Shown: positions 53,301 to 63,023 of the stretch, piece by piece
Position numbering within the stretch: position 1 is the first letter of the stretch
Layout of the letters: each line of letters opens with the position of its first letter
DNA from: Patescibacteria group bacterium
Lineage (GTDB): Bacteria > Patescibacteriota > Minisyncoccia > Phycocordibacterales > UBA918
Reading direction: 5' to 3'
Assembly: GCA_019752815.1 (NCBI GenBank)
Contig: JAIELQ010000006.1
Span: 1,577-65,576 of the forward strand
Length of the DNA stretch: 64,000 nt
Notes under the pieces: model-generated
Told to the model about the DNA's origin: nothing
Seen by the model: only the letters and a program-made list of their open reading frames with translations
Databases searched by the model: none
Made by a program: the position numbers and the translations under genes

Positions 53301-53893
53301 TTTATGCAGAGTATCTGTATCGGGCTGTTCGCGCAGAATCAGAACCTGAAAGTGTACACCTCACCGCTTGGCCTACAGGGGATACTGTCGACACTGGGTT
53401 AATCGAAAGTATGGGTGTAGTCCGCATGTTTGTTACAGCGGGGCTAGAAGCGCGAACCAAAGCCAACATCAAAGTACGCCAACCATTGTCAGAATTATTT
53501 ATTCGAACGACGATGTTGCCTGACACCGAACTGCTTGATCTCATCAAAGATGAGTTAAATGTAAAACAAATTAGTTTAGATGGGGTAGAGAGCGGAGCTG
53601 ATACCACCTCAAAAATCACCCTCATAACTGAGTTAACGCCCGAGCTGATTGCGGAAGGGGCAGTACGTGAAGTAATGCGAGCGGTGCAGGATATGCGTAA
53701 AGATGCTGGTTTGGAACCTAGCGATCGGATTGTGCTCACGATTGATACAAACGAGAATGGTCAAAATGCTGTCAACACCCATAAGGAAAGTTTGCTTAAA
53801 ACGGTCGGTGCTACAGATATTGTATTTGATGTCACCTTTGGAACTAGCGTTACGAGTGGAGACTATAGTTTTGTTTGTGCAATTTCGCAATAA
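50336..53893 (+). CDS. ileS: isoleucyl-tRNA synthetase (type 2) carrying an inserted histidine-phosphatase (PGM-like) domain
   Basis: HYGH motif (FATGTPHYGHIL), KMSKS (KMSKSLKNY), editing domain. A roughly 190-aa insertion (about nt 51905-52490) between WGAPLPIW and the HRPYID/VPDVFDCWFESGSMPY blocks shows the RHAEA...RTRETA...IVGHAS histidine-phosphatase signature. Confidence 0.85.
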   Translation: MNKAHGRENDSVAVVPEVDKSEVAIREEAIQAFWLEHDIFNKSIEKPAGEDPAGQFTFYDGPPFATGTPHYGHILASTIKDTVPRFWTMNGLRVNRTWGWDCHGLPLENLIEKKLGLATKRDIEEYGVKNFNEAARSTVMEYADYWKMAIPRMGRWADMENDYKTMDSTYTESVWWVFSELHKKGLVFEGFKTMHLCPRCGTTLSNFEVNQGYKDIKDIAVTVKLPLLDDAGNVTDTSLLVWTTTPWTLPGNMAAAVHHELDYVKVKVSADGVSEYYILAKGRLSQLGEAAYETVEEMKGAALVGKSYQSPFNYLHTQDFDKTNAWKIWHADYVEVGTEGTGAVHIAPAYGDDDMKLAQANNVPIIHHVDTAGHFVSFVTDFAGRLVKPKDDDTAGVDHKDTDIEILKALQAAGKVFKKENITHSYPHCWRCDTPLLNYATTSWFVNVPKIKDELIAANNAVNWIPDHVGSNRFGNWLEGARDWAVSRQRYWGAPLPIWKNPKTGDFKVFGSLAELQQYVPKSGNTYFVMRHAEAASNLTGIIDAIADENNPLTEAGITQCKEAAETLRTKGITHIVHSGMQRTRETALAIARELGLPETAVSADARIIELQTGAAYEGKTWDEYNANYSSEEEKFTKVIPGVENRYDLIKRAGEFLYDFDAAHQNETVLIVGHASSTFALRCVAEGAEHKRVIELKKQGYYKNAEVHALPFTPVPHNDLYALDYHRPYIDDIKLVDTDGTQLVRVPDVFDCWFESGSMPYAQHHFMGQNPEQFLATQFPAQFIAEGLDQTRGWFYSLIVLGTALFGKAPFENVIVNGLALAEDGKKMSKSLKNYPDPMELVDRVGADAVRYYMLTAPIVRGEDLNFSEKEVTELQRKNIGRLHNVLAMYEMYANGTDASGASDTILDRWILARLNQLIADTTAGYKSYELDKATRPLADFIDDVSVWYLRRSRERLKSDDSEDKTKVLGTLRFILRELAKVMAPAMPFYAEYLYRAVRAESEPESVHLTAWPTGDTVDTGLIESMGVVRMFVTAGLEARTKANIKVRQPLSELFIRTTMLPDTELLDLIKDELNVKQISLDGVESGADTTSKITLITELTPELIAEGAVREVMRAVQDMRKDAGLEPSDRIVLTIDTNENGQNAVNTHKESLLKTVGATDIVFDVTFGTSVTSGDYSFVCAISQ

Positions 53894-53982
53894 TATTTTG
53901 CTCGTCATCTTTCAAGTAATCAACTAGTGTGTTAAAAATCGATGAAATACTAGGTGAGAAAGTCTGGGAGACTTTCGCAAGA

Positions 53983-54023
53983 GGTTACCAGCTTTTTTTC
54001 TAAAATAGCGATAACCTGAACAG
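53983..54023. repeat. family-A palindromic element, 3' of ileS
   Basis: GGTTACCAGCTTTTTTTCTAAAATAGCGATAACCTGAACAG. Preceded by the hairpin GAAAGTCTGGGAGACTTTC. Confidence 0.55.
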
Positions 54024-54099
54024 CTTTTGTAAAAAGAACAAGGAAAAGTCAGCCCCCCATGGGAAACAAACAATAAAATCTACATATGAATTTTCCAGT

Positions 54100-54684
54100 A
54101 TGAGCTATCAAACTTATATAACAAATGCAGTTATTGTAGGTAGTTTTGACAGTAACACTGCAGACAAATCATACCTCCTCTTTACCCGCGATGCCGGGAT
54201 GATTTATGCGTCTGCACGCAGTGTGCGTGAAGAGCGGAGTCGGCAACGATTTGCGCTTCAGGATTTTAGTCGTATTACGGTTTCACTTATTAAAGGCAAA
54301 ACGGGTTGGCGCATTGGCAGTGTACAGTCGGAAGGCAATTATTTTGTAGAGGCAAACGACCGGGCGGTGCGAGGGAGTATTGTACGTATTTGCAAACTAC
54401 TGCGTCGCTTTGTAGCTGGCGAAGAACCACATCCTGATTTGTACGAAGAAATAGTAGCGGGACTCGAACATCTGGTTAACCCGACTCTGCCTAATCGTAA
54501 TTTAATTGAGGAGATTATTCTGGCGCGAGTATTGTATCGTCTCGGGTATATTGCGAGTGCCAGTGATATTGCACCGGTGCTTGATACTGACCTTTCAACC
54601 TTGTTCACAACTGAATTGAAAGATACGTTGTTGGCTCGATTGAAAACAATAACTACTAAGGCTACTACCGCGAGTCACCTTTAA
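54100..54684 (+). CDS. recO: DNA repair protein RecO-like
   Basis: N-terminal OB-fold pattern (NAVIVGSFDSNTADKSYLLFTRDAGMIYASARSVREERSR) and RecO-like length. Confidence 0.45.
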   Translation: MSYQTYITNAVIVGSFDSNTADKSYLLFTRDAGMIYASARSVREERSRQRFALQDFSRITVSLIKGKTGWRIGSVQSEGNYFVEANDRAVRGSIVRICKLLRRFVAGEEPHPDLYEEIVAGLEHLVNPTLPNRNLIEEIILARVLYRLGYIASASDIAPVLDTDLSTLFTTELKDTLLARLKTITTKATTASHL

Positions 54685-54809
54685 GACCTTCGTAAACGAC
54701 ACACTTCTTTGTTGTCCAGCGTAAAATATTCCTCATCGTACTAAAAAGTACGACTCGTAATATTTTACTTGCACGCCTCGAATTGTGCTCATTTACATAG
54801 GTCTTAATT

Positions 54810-56789
54810 TTGAGAAATGATATACTAGTAATCACCATGGCATTACTAAAAGACCAAGCTCAAATAGATGAAATGCGTCGCCGTTTGTATGAGCGGGGTG
54901 GAAGCGTGCAGCCTAATGAACGACATGGTTTGACGCCAATTGAACAAACTCCCCAAACAACCTGGCCGGGCCAAAAAACAGTCCCGGATCGGACTCCATT
55001 AACTGACCATCGGGCAGAGGAGCTTGATGAACCAATGCTCACATTGCATGAAGAAGTGGTAAAGAAAAAAGCGCGTTATTCGTACCGCAGTATTATCTTA
55101 TTAGGCACATTAGGATTGTTTTTGGTAACGGTTCTATTTTCGACTCTGTATCTCATGTTTGGCAACAGTCAAATATCTAATGACAATATTAGTATTGCGA
55201 TTAACGCACCGTTAACTATCGGCGGTGGGGAGGTAATGGATATTCAGGTATCAGTTACAAATCAAAACAAAGTCCCCATTGAATCTGCTGTTTTGATTAT
55301 TAACTATCCCTCAGGTACCAAATCAATTGATACTCCAGCCCGCGACCTCTACGAAGAGCGCGTAACGCTGAACCGAATCAATGCCGGTGAAGCAATTAAC
55401 ATTCCCCTTAAAGCCGTAATGTATGGCGAAGAAAATCAAGAACGACAAATCAAAGCCACGATTGAGTATCGTTTAACAGATTCAAATGGAACGTTTTATA
55501 AAGAGAGTGATCCGCTCACGTTTAAAATTAGCTCATCGCCAGTCGTAATTCGAGTTGAATCAACCAAAAAAGTTTCGGCTGGACAAGATGTGGAAATTAA
55601 GCTGACGGTTCAGTCGAATGCCTCAACGCCAATCAAGGATTTGCTCATCACTGCTAATTATCCTGTTAATTTTGACTACAGTAGCTCTAATCCAACGCCA
55701 GACTTTCGTGAAAATGCCTGGTTAATCAAAGAGCTTTTGCCGGAAAAGTCAGCTACTATTGTATTGCGGGGGGCAATTATAGGTAAACAAGCAGAGGAGT
55801 TCCAGCTGCAGTTTTCTGCCGGTACACCACAACAAGACAACCAATTTATAATTGGGTCAGTGTTAGCCAACGCCACTACTGATTTTGTGATTGAGCAACC
55901 GTTCATTGATGTTGGAATCGGTGTAAATAGTTTTTCAACAGAAGTCGTAACACTACCAACTGGGCAGAACACCCTGGTTGAAGTAACAGTACAAAATACC
56001 TTAGATCAAACACTCTATGACATGGCGGTTGAAGTAGGGATTAAAGGAAATATTTTAGTCCGCGAAAATGTCCAAGTTACCAGAGGATTTTATGATTCAA
56101 CCAAAGACGTCATCAGATTTGATCCTTCAGGAGATAGGAGTCTGGCTACCGTTGCACCAGGAGCTACTAAAAAGTTTTCCTTTACTTTGAGACCAGGTGA
56201 TCAAACATCAACCCCTTCATATAACCTAACAGCCAATGCATATGCGCGGCGAGTGAACGAATCAAGTGCCACTGAGCAACTAGTGGGTACTGCAAAAACT
56301 GAAGTTAAATTTACCTCATCAGTGGCCGTTGGTCGTACCGTTGCCCGGAATGTTCCCGGCTTTGTGGATGCTGGACCAATTCCGCCAGCCCCCGATACCA
56401 AGACTACGTATACGGTTACCCTTAATGCGAGTGCGGGTGGTAATGATGTGACCGGAGCAGTTCTAACGACGTCGTTGCCACAGTATGTCAGTTGGGAGAA
56501 TTTGAGTCTCGGTGATGGTACGCTCGCGTTTAACCCAGTGAGCAAAGAAATTACCTGGACAGTGGGAGAAATAAAGGCTGGCTCTAAAAAATCAACGACC
56601 TTCCAAGTCGGGCTCTTGCCAAGTCAGAACCAAATTGGTACAACTCCTGCAGTGATTGGAACCCAACGTTTCCGCGCCACTGACCGATTCACAAACGAAG
56701 TCATCCGAGCCGAAGCGCCACCCGCAAGTTCAGAGTTAGGACTAGAATCCGGCTTTGAAGAACAAAACGGTGTAGTAACGCGTCCATAA
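54810..56789 (+). CDS. large membrane-anchored extracytoplasmic protein (beta-rich; CARDB/DUF11-like repeats)
   Basis: 659 aa; about 90-aa cytoplasmic N-terminus, one TM (IILLGTLGLFLVTVLFSTLYLMF), then repeated beta-strand modules. Confidence 0.4.
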   Translation: MRNDILVITMALLKDQAQIDEMRRRLYERGGSVQPNERHGLTPIEQTPQTTWPGQKTVPDRTPLTDHRAEELDEPMLTLHEEVVKKKARYSYRSIILLGTLGLFLVTVLFSTLYLMFGNSQISNDNISIAINAPLTIGGGEVMDIQVSVTNQNKVPIESAVLIINYPSGTKSIDTPARDLYEERVTLNRINAGEAINIPLKAVMYGEENQERQIKATIEYRLTDSNGTFYKESDPLTFKISSSPVVIRVESTKKVSAGQDVEIKLTVQSNASTPIKDLLITANYPVNFDYSSSNPTPDFRENAWLIKELLPEKSATIVLRGAIIGKQAEEFQLQFSAGTPQQDNQFIIGSVLANATTDFVIEQPFIDVGIGVNSFSTEVVTLPTGQNTLVEVTVQNTLDQTLYDMAVEVGIKGNILVRENVQVTRGFYDSTKDVIRFDPSGDRSLATVAPGATKKFSFTLRPGDQTSTPSYNLTANAYARRVNESSATEQLVGTAKTEVKFTSSVAVGRTVARNVPGFVDAGPIPPAPDTKTTYTVTLNASAGGNDVTGAVLTTSLPQYVSWENLSLGDGTLAFNPVSKEITWTVGEIKAGSKKSTTFQVGLLPSQNQIGTTPAVIGTQRFRATDRFTNEVIRAEAPPASSELGLESGFEEQNGVVTRP

Positions 56790-56813
56790 TCACTTACTAA
56801 TTAACTTTACCGT

Positions 56814-58211
56814 ATGACAAATCCTGACAGTACACAAAACAAAATGGAAAAAATCACCGCACTCTGCAAGCGTCGCGGGTTTGTGTTTGCGGGTAGTGAA
56901 ATCTACGGCGGATTTGTCGGTTCGTTTGATTATGGTCCGTATGGGGTAGAGCTCGCAAACAATATTAAAGCTGCGTGGTGGGAGGCAATGGTACAACATG
57001 AACGCAATATTGTAGGTTTGGATTCCGCTATTGTGACTCATCCAAAAGTATGGGAAGCATCAGGTCACGTGGGTGGTTTTTCCGACCCCATGGTTGAATG
57101 TAAAGAATGTAACACACGGTCACGAGCTGATCATTTGCTCGAAGAGCTCGATGTGTTTGCAGATGAAAAAATGACCATTGAAGAAATCAATACTATTTTT
57201 GATGCAAATCGAGATAAGCTGGTGTGTCCAAAGTGTGGTTCCAAGAATTTTGGAGTTGTCCGGAAATTTAATCTTTTGGCACAAACAAACCTCGGTAATT
57301 TTTCTGAGGACTGGAGTAAAGAACCAGCATATTTGCGGGGAGAAACTTGTCAGGGAATTTATATCAACTTCAAAAATGTCCTGGACACAACACGGGTAAA
57401 GGTGCCTTTTGGGATTGCCCAAATAGGGAAGGCATTCCGAAATGAAATTGCTCCCCGACAATACATCTTCCGCAAACGTGAGTTCGAGCAAATGGAGATG
57501 CAAATGTTTGTAGCGCCGGCAGAAGAAATGTCAGTCTATGATATATGGAAAGCCAAACGCATGCAGTATTACATCGACATGGGCTTCAAGCCAGAAAATC
57601 TTCGATTCCATGAACATGAGAATCTCGTATTTTATGCCAAAGCAGCGTTTGATATTGAGTATAATTTTCCATTTGGTTTTAAAGAATTAGAGGGTGTTCA
57701 TGCTCGGGGAAATTATGACTTAACCCAGCATCAAACATTCTCAGGGGTATCAATGGAATATACCGATCCATACACCAATGAAAAATACATTCCACATGTA
57801 GTTGAAACTTCGGTTGGTTTAGATCGTACATTTTTGGCTGTTATGACTGAGTTCTATGATGAGGACACTATCGGAGAAGAGTCTCGCATTGTACTTCGTC
57901 TACCCAAAAAACTAGCACCAATCAAGGTGGCTGTTTTCCCGTTATTGCGCAACCGTCCTGAGTTAGTGCAAAAGGCTGAAGAAGTATTTGCCTTAGTATC
58001 AAAAGAAATGCGGGCTGAGTTTGACGATAATGGAAATGTCGGTAAACGCTATCGCCGCCAAGATGAAATTGGCACACCTCACTGTGTGACTATCGATTTT
58101 GATACTCTCGGTGAAAATCCAGAATTACTCGATACTGTTACGGTCCGTAACCGCGACACTGGCGCCCAAGAACGAATCGCCATTGCAGAACTTGTAAACT
58201 ACCTCAAATAG
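56814..58211 (+). CDS. glyQS: glycyl-tRNA synthetase, alpha2 (class II, eukaryote/archaeal-like) type
   Basis: N-terminus GFVFAGSEIYGGFVGSFDYGPYG is characteristic of GlyRS; class II motifs. Confidence 0.85.
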   Translation: MTNPDSTQNKMEKITALCKRRGFVFAGSEIYGGFVGSFDYGPYGVELANNIKAAWWEAMVQHERNIVGLDSAIVTHPKVWEASGHVGGFSDPMVECKECNTRSRADHLLEELDVFADEKMTIEEINTIFDANRDKLVCPKCGSKNFGVVRKFNLLAQTNLGNFSEDWSKEPAYLRGETCQGIYINFKNVLDTTRVKVPFGIAQIGKAFRNEIAPRQYIFRKREFEQMEMQMFVAPAEEMSVYDIWKAKRMQYYIDMGFKPENLRFHEHENLVFYAKAAFDIEYNFPFGFKELEGVHARGNYDLTQHQTFSGVSMEYTDPYTNEKYIPHVVETSVGLDRTFLAVMTEFYDEDTIGEESRIVLRLPKKLAPIKVAVFPLLRNRPELVQKAEEVFALVSKEMRAEFDDNGNVGKRYRRQDEIGTPHCVTIDFDTLGENPELLDTVTVRNRDTGAQERIAIAELVNYLK

Positions 58212-58231
58212 GGTACTGTATCTCCCAGACC

Positions 58232-58771
58232 TTGTTTTGGAGATTGCTGATGCCAAAAAGAAAAGCCTTTGGCAAGGACGAGGCCATCATAGCCTTTGTG
58301 TCTGGCCAAATTCGAAAAACCCAAGCGACATTTGGAGTGACGGTCGCTGAAATGGCTCGAGTCGCTGGTTATGAACGGTCAGTTTTTCATCGCGTTCTTC
58401 GCGGTGATAGTATCTGTAACATCGAAGCGCTACATCGGCTGTCCGTTCACTACAACCTGCCGATGGACTACTGGTTTCCACCTCGGGAAGGGATTGCAGC
58501 TCCGCTGCTACCAGTTCCTCAAGTTGTTCCTGTGCAGGACAATGCAATACCAACGATGCTGCCTTTTACTCGAAAGATGATACGGCAGATGAATATCATG
58601 TCTGTGTCTGACAAGCGTATACTGCTCGTCCTTGCCTTGAAACATGCGCAGCAGTTGCAAGGGCTCGTTTTGCTCGCCAAGGCACTTGAACAAGTAAATC
58701 CTGAGACAAAAAAGAAGATTGTCATGGCAGTACAAAAGCTCGCAGCGGTCAAAAAACAACCGGTCCCATAA
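58232..58771 (+). CDS. hypothetical HTH-domain protein
   Basis: Probable HTH FGVTVAEMARVAGYERSVFHRVLRG; start may be at MPKRKAF. Confidence 0.35.
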   Translation: MFWRLLMPKRKAFGKDEAIIAFVSGQIRKTQATFGVTVAEMARVAGYERSVFHRVLRGDSICNIEALHRLSVHYNLPMDYWFPPREGIAAPLLPVPQVVPVQDNAIPTMLPFTRKMIRQMNIMSVSDKRILLVLALKHAQQLQGLVLLAKALEQVNPETKKKIVMAVQKLAAVKKQPVP

Positions 58772-58821
58772 AGGGACCGGCTACTTTTTTATTTTGCTAG
58801 CTATGGTACTGTATTTAGACT

Positions 58822-60264
58822 ATGTTAGACAAAAACCCCCGCTATATCACCACTACCTTGCCGTACGTTAACGCTGAGCCACATATTGGTTTCGGCTATG
58901 AAATAGTAGTAGCCGATACGCTCGCACGTTACTGGCGCCTCATGGGGCACGAGGTATTTTTTACCACCGGTACTGATGAACACGGACAAAAAATTGCTGA
59001 AAAAGCCGACAGCGAAGGCATCCCACGCCAAGAGTATGTTGATACTTATGCAGCCAAATTTGCCGATTTAAAGACCTCTCTTAATATCTCAAACGATAAT
59101 TTTATTCGCACGACAGATGCTTCACACAAAGCAGCTGCTCAGGCTATTTGGAATAAATGTTTAGAAAAAGGCGATATCTACAAAAAAACCTACAAAGGTC
59201 TCTACTGTGTGGGGGACGAGATGTTTTTGCGTGATAGTGATTTAGTACATGGTCGGTGTCCTAACCACCCGAATGTAGATCCAGTGGAGATTGAAGAAGA
59301 GAACTACTTTTTCAAACTCTCAAACTATCAAGATAAACTCATTGATTATTTGAACGATCCTGCCCGTACCTTGTCTGAATCATATCGTGCCTGGGCGCTA
59401 CAGTTTGTTTCGGCCGGTCTTGAGGATCTCAGTATCTCACGTAGTAAAAAACGAATGGACTGGGGGATTCCCGTGCCGGGGGACGATGACCACGTTATGT
59501 ACGTATGGTTTGACGCGTTAACCAACTACATCAGTACGCTTGGCTGGCCTGATGACGCTGACGGTAACTTTAAAAAATTCTGGGTAGATGGCGAAACTGT
59601 CCAGCTGGCGGGTAAGGACCAGGTACGCTTCCAATCAATTATTTTTCAGGCAATGTTACTGTCCGCTGATGTTCCGCAAACAGATACCATTTGCTACCAC
59701 GGATTTATTAATAGTGGGGGACAGAAAATGAGCAAGAGTCTCGGTAACGTTATTTCACCTGCGGAATTAGTGGCCCGCTACGGTACTGATGCAACCCGTT
59801 ATTTACTCCTGCGTCATGTACACCCGTTTGATGATACTGATATTACTTGGGAACGGCTTGACGAATGGTACACCGCCGATTTGGTAAATGGGTTAGGGAA
59901 TCTAGTTGCTCGAGTGATGAAAATGGCCGAGACTCATTTAGATGAACCTATTGCTCGACCAGAAGCATTCGCGTTTTCATCTGAGTATGCGCAAGCAATT
60001 GAAGCATATAACTTGCAGTCAGCAACCGATTACATTTGGAGTCGCATTGGTGCTCTTGATGAACGAATTACAGCCGAAGAGCCATTTAAGTTAGTGAAAA
60101 CAGATAAACCAAAAGCCCAGATTATCATTCAGGAATTAGCTGTTGAAGTGTACGCAATCGGTAGGTTACTCAATCCGTTTATGCCCGCAACGAGTGAAAT
60201 TATTAAAGCTGCTGTTCTCGAAAACAAAAAACCAGACAACCTCTTTAACCGGCTCGAGTCTTAA
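58822..60264 (+). CDS. metG: methionyl-tRNA synthetase, short form lacking the C-terminal tRNA-binding domain
   Basis: HIGH-class motif (NAEPHIGFGYEIVVAD), KMSKS (KMSKSLGNVI); 480 aa. Confidence 0.9.
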   Translation: MLDKNPRYITTTLPYVNAEPHIGFGYEIVVADTLARYWRLMGHEVFFTTGTDEHGQKIAEKADSEGIPRQEYVDTYAAKFADLKTSLNISNDNFIRTTDASHKAAAQAIWNKCLEKGDIYKKTYKGLYCVGDEMFLRDSDLVHGRCPNHPNVDPVEIEEENYFFKLSNYQDKLIDYLNDPARTLSESYRAWALQFVSAGLEDLSISRSKKRMDWGIPVPGDDDHVMYVWFDALTNYISTLGWPDDADGNFKKFWVDGETVQLAGKDQVRFQSIIFQAMLLSADVPQTDTICYHGFINSGGQKMSKSLGNVISPAELVARYGTDATRYLLLRHVHPFDDTDITWERLDEWYTADLVNGLGNLVARVMKMAETHLDEPIARPEAFAFSSEYAQAIEAYNLQSATDYIWSRIGALDERITAEEPFKLVKTDKPKAQIIIQELAVEVYAIGRLLNPFMPATSEIIKAAVLENKKPDNLFNRLES

Positions 60265-60265
60265 T

Positions 60266-60877
60266 ATGGAAAAAACCCAGATTGTCTTTATTCATGGTGG
60301 AGATTCGTTTGATACTGTCGAAGAATTTCATGAATTCGTGCGGAGTCTAAAATATGATCCCTACGCCATCGAACAAAAGAAATGGCGTGACGGTATTAAG
60401 GAGACTCTGGATGAAACACATGAATGTATCATGCCACGTTTTCCAAATGCGATGGATGCTGACTTTTTGGCATGGAGTATTTGGTTTGAGAAAGTAATCC
60501 CGTATTTGCGAGATGGGGTGGTGCTGGTAGGGCACTCGCTTGGGTCAGGTTTCTTACTCCGGTATCTCACTGAAAACAATATGCCAGTTTCGGTATCACA
60601 ACTTCATCTTGTAGCGGGAGTGATTGATGACCTTGATTGTCCGGGTGTGGGGGAGTTCGGAGTTGATATCACCAATTGGTCTGGTTTTGCCTCGTCAATC
60701 GATGAGGTGCATGTCTGGCACAGTAGTGACGATATTCTCGTTCCTCTTCATCATAGCGAACGTCTGGTCGCTCACTACCCAAGTGCCATCACGCACTATT
60801 TCATCGACCGCGGACACTTCCTCCAATCAGAATTCTCCGAGCTACAAACAGTGATCAAAAACATCACCAAACTATAA
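60266..60877 (+). CDS. alpha/beta-hydrolase fold serine hydrolase (YdeN/RBBP9-like)
   Basis: Start at MEKTQIVFIHGG; nucleophile elbow GHSLG; about 200 aa. Confidence 0.55.
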   Translation: MEKTQIVFIHGGDSFDTVEEFHEFVRSLKYDPYAIEQKKWRDGIKETLDETHECIMPRFPNAMDADFLAWSIWFEKVIPYLRDGVVLVGHSLGSGFLLRYLTENNMPVSVSQLHLVAGVIDDLDCPGVGEFGVDITNWSGFASSIDEVHVWHSSDDILVPLHHSERLVAHYPSAITHYFIDRGHFLQSEFSELQTVIKNITKL

Positions 60878-60901
60878 GTTTTAATGTTACAATTAAGGTA
60901 T

Positions 60902-61024
60902 ATGGATAATGTATCTGAAAAAAGAAATACATATACTTGGAACGATGATATCCGTCGTTTAGCTGAGAAGGTGGGTAAAGATATTCGCGAAAGTGAGCGT
61001 CGGGGTTTTAGCTGGGAAGAATAA
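60902..61024 (+). CDS. small (40 aa) antitoxin-like protein overlapping the PIN gene start (TAATG)
   Basis: MDNVSEKRNTYTWNDDIRRLAEKVGKDIRESERRGFSWEE; its stop overlaps the downstream ATG. Confidence 0.3.
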   Translation: MDNVSEKRNTYTWNDDIRRLAEKVGKDIRESERRGFSWEE

Positions 61025-61551
61025 TGAAACTAAAGATACCAGAACGTGGTTTCGTATTGCTTGATACTAACGTCCTTATTGATACTTCAAAATACCCCGA
61101 TAATTTTTTAGTGCTACATAATGAATTAAAAAGACTACATATTAGTTCAGTTGTTGAAAGTACAATTCGCTTCGAGTTTTTACGGGGATTGCGTAACGTT
61201 TCAGATGGTGAAAAATTGTTGACGGGACTTTGCGGGGAGAATCATTTAGTTTTAAATCCTGATAAGGATACTTTTGATAGAGCCTTAAAAATATCACAAA
61301 TTTATGTGCGAAATGATAACAAACAAGTAAAGATTGCTGATGTTATTATTGCAGCGCAAATTGCTAAATATGCAAAAGGGGCTGGTAACGCAAACGAGCT
61401 ACTCTTGGCAACACAAAATCACAAAGACTTCCCGCCAGTTTTATTTGAGAGGGTAGACGAAATGCTGATAACAATTCCAGACGGAACTATTAAAATAATT
61501 GGGTTTTATAGGTTTAAATCAGATAGATTTAATGAGTTGCAAGTAATATGA
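61024..61551 (+). CDS. PIN-domain protein (VapC-like toxin candidate)
   Basis: VLLDTNVLID N-terminal PIN motif with acidic residues downstream. Confidence 0.55.
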   Translation: MKLKIPERGFVLLDTNVLIDTSKYPDNFLVLHNELKRLHISSVVESTIRFEFLRGLRNVSDGEKLLTGLCGENHLVLNPDKDTFDRALKISQIYVRNDNKQVKIADVIIAAQIAKYAKGAGNANELLLATQNHKDFPPVLFERVDEMLITIPDGTIKIIGFYRFKSDRFNELQVI

Positions 61552-62405
61552 AATACATTGACACTCATGCGCATTTGAATTTGTCGGCTTTTGCTCCTGA
61601 TGTTGAGGCAGTGATTGAGAAGTGTAATCAGGATGGGGTGGGGGTGATAAATATTGGTACCAAGGAATCAACCAGTGCGCGGGCGGTTGAGTTGGCGTTA
61701 ACCAATCCTCATCTCTACGCGATTGTGGGACTTCATCCCATCCAAACCGTTCCGCAATCACATGATGAAGATGAGTTGGGTGAGGGCGGAATGCCCTTTG
61801 TGTCAAAAGGCGAGACCTTTAATACTGATTTTTACCGCAATCTAATTGCGACGAGTAACGGTAAGGTTGTGGGTATTGGTGAATGTGGATTTGATTATTA
61901 TCACACTGATCCTTCAACCTATATTACTCAAGAGGTGGTCTTTATTGAACAAATTAAACTAGCTAATGAACTGCAGTTGCCATTGATGATTCATACCCGT
62001 GGACCAAAACCGGGGGAGAGTAGTCCTACCGGACGCAGTGTCTATGCTGATGTGCATGCAGTGTTAAAACAGTACGCCAAAGTCCCATTTAACGTTCACT
62101 TTTATGCTGGAACGCTCGATGAAGCCAAGGCTTTTTTTGATATTGGCGGGACCATTTCATTTACCGGTGTCATAACGTTTGCCAAAGTATACGAGGATAT
62201 TGTGCGTGCAGTGCCGCTCGACCGTATCCACGCAGAAACTGATTGTCCGTATGTAGCACCAATACCGTATCGTGGGGCCCGTTGCGAACCCTGGATGGTT
62301 CAAGAAGTGTATAAAAAAATCGCCCAAATACGGGATGAGGACACAGATGTTGTGAGAGAGCAGCTATTAGAAAATGCTCACCGTCTGTATACAGTAAAAA
62401 AGTAA
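61548..62405 (+). CDS. tatD: TatD-family metal-dependent hydrolase/DNase
   Basis: IDTHAHL ... GECGFDYYH ... TD TIM-barrel motifs. Confidence 0.85.
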   Translation: MKYIDTHAHLNLSAFAPDVEAVIEKCNQDGVGVINIGTKESTSARAVELALTNPHLYAIVGLHPIQTVPQSHDEDELGEGGMPFVSKGETFNTDFYRNLIATSNGKVVGIGECGFDYYHTDPSTYITQEVVFIEQIKLANELQLPLMIHTRGPKPGESSPTGRSVYADVHAVLKQYAKVPFNVHFYAGTLDEAKAFFDIGGTISFTGVITFAKVYEDIVRAVPLDRIHAETDCPYVAPIPYRGARCEPWMVQEVYKKIAQIRDEDTDVVREQLLENAHRLYTVKK

Positions 62406-62420
62406 AAAGCGAGCCTGGGG

Positions 62421-62858
62421 TCAGGCTCGCCTAAAGAGTTTTTTCTGGCAACAAATAAATTTGAAGTGTCGAAAGGCATATTCGATGTTACGCATTGCCA
62501 GTCCACGCAATTGTCGTTCATGAGCCTGAAGACATTGTGTCTTTAAATCATACAGCTCTTCACGACTAATGGTATGCCAACGGGCGCGGAGCGTGACATC
62601 TCGCCTGAACCACTTTTGTTGGAGGTTAAAGAACGCTTGCGCCTCCATTTCACCTCGAAGATTGTTGCATTGAGAACAGGCAGCAATCAGATTGTCGTAA
62701 ATTGTTAACCCGCCATAGGTACGAGGTTGAAGGTGATCTTTTGTCAGTAGATTTCGAGGTTGGGTAATACCTTCTTTGTATTGGTGGGTAATCATCCGAT
62801 GTCCGCAGTAGCAGCACCGATGATTTTGGGATTCGGTGAGCCGATGCATGTATGCCAC
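62421..62858 (-). CDS. HNH endonuclease
   Basis: CCYCG ... DHLQPRTYGG ... NLIAACSQCN (HNH with zinc-ribbon cysteines). Confidence 0.7.
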   Translation of the reverse strand: MAYMHRLTESQNHRCCYCGHRMITHQYKEGITQPRNLLTKDHLQPRTYGGLTIYDNLIAACSQCNNLRGEMEAQAFFNLQQKWFRRDVTLRARWHTISREELYDLKTQCLQAHERQLRGLAMRNIEYAFRHFKFICCQKKLFRRA

Positions 62859-63023
62859 TGCAGTGTCCTTTTCAAAGGTCTCTCTCCTGATACTAATACA
62901 ATACGCGCCCGATAACGATTTTTTACTGGGGATTCAGCTTAAGATACTTGGTATATAAAGCTTAATTATTGTTGTATAAAATAAAACTTTAGGTATAGTA
63001 CCAACAGAGAGGAGGGTACAAAG

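Noticed and set aside
50336-53893. Intein in ileS as explanation for the extra length
   Set aside because: The inserted segment lacks intein splicing motifs (N-terminal Cys/Ser and C-terminal HN plus Cys/Ser/Thr). It instead carries the RHG...H histidine-phosphatase signature.
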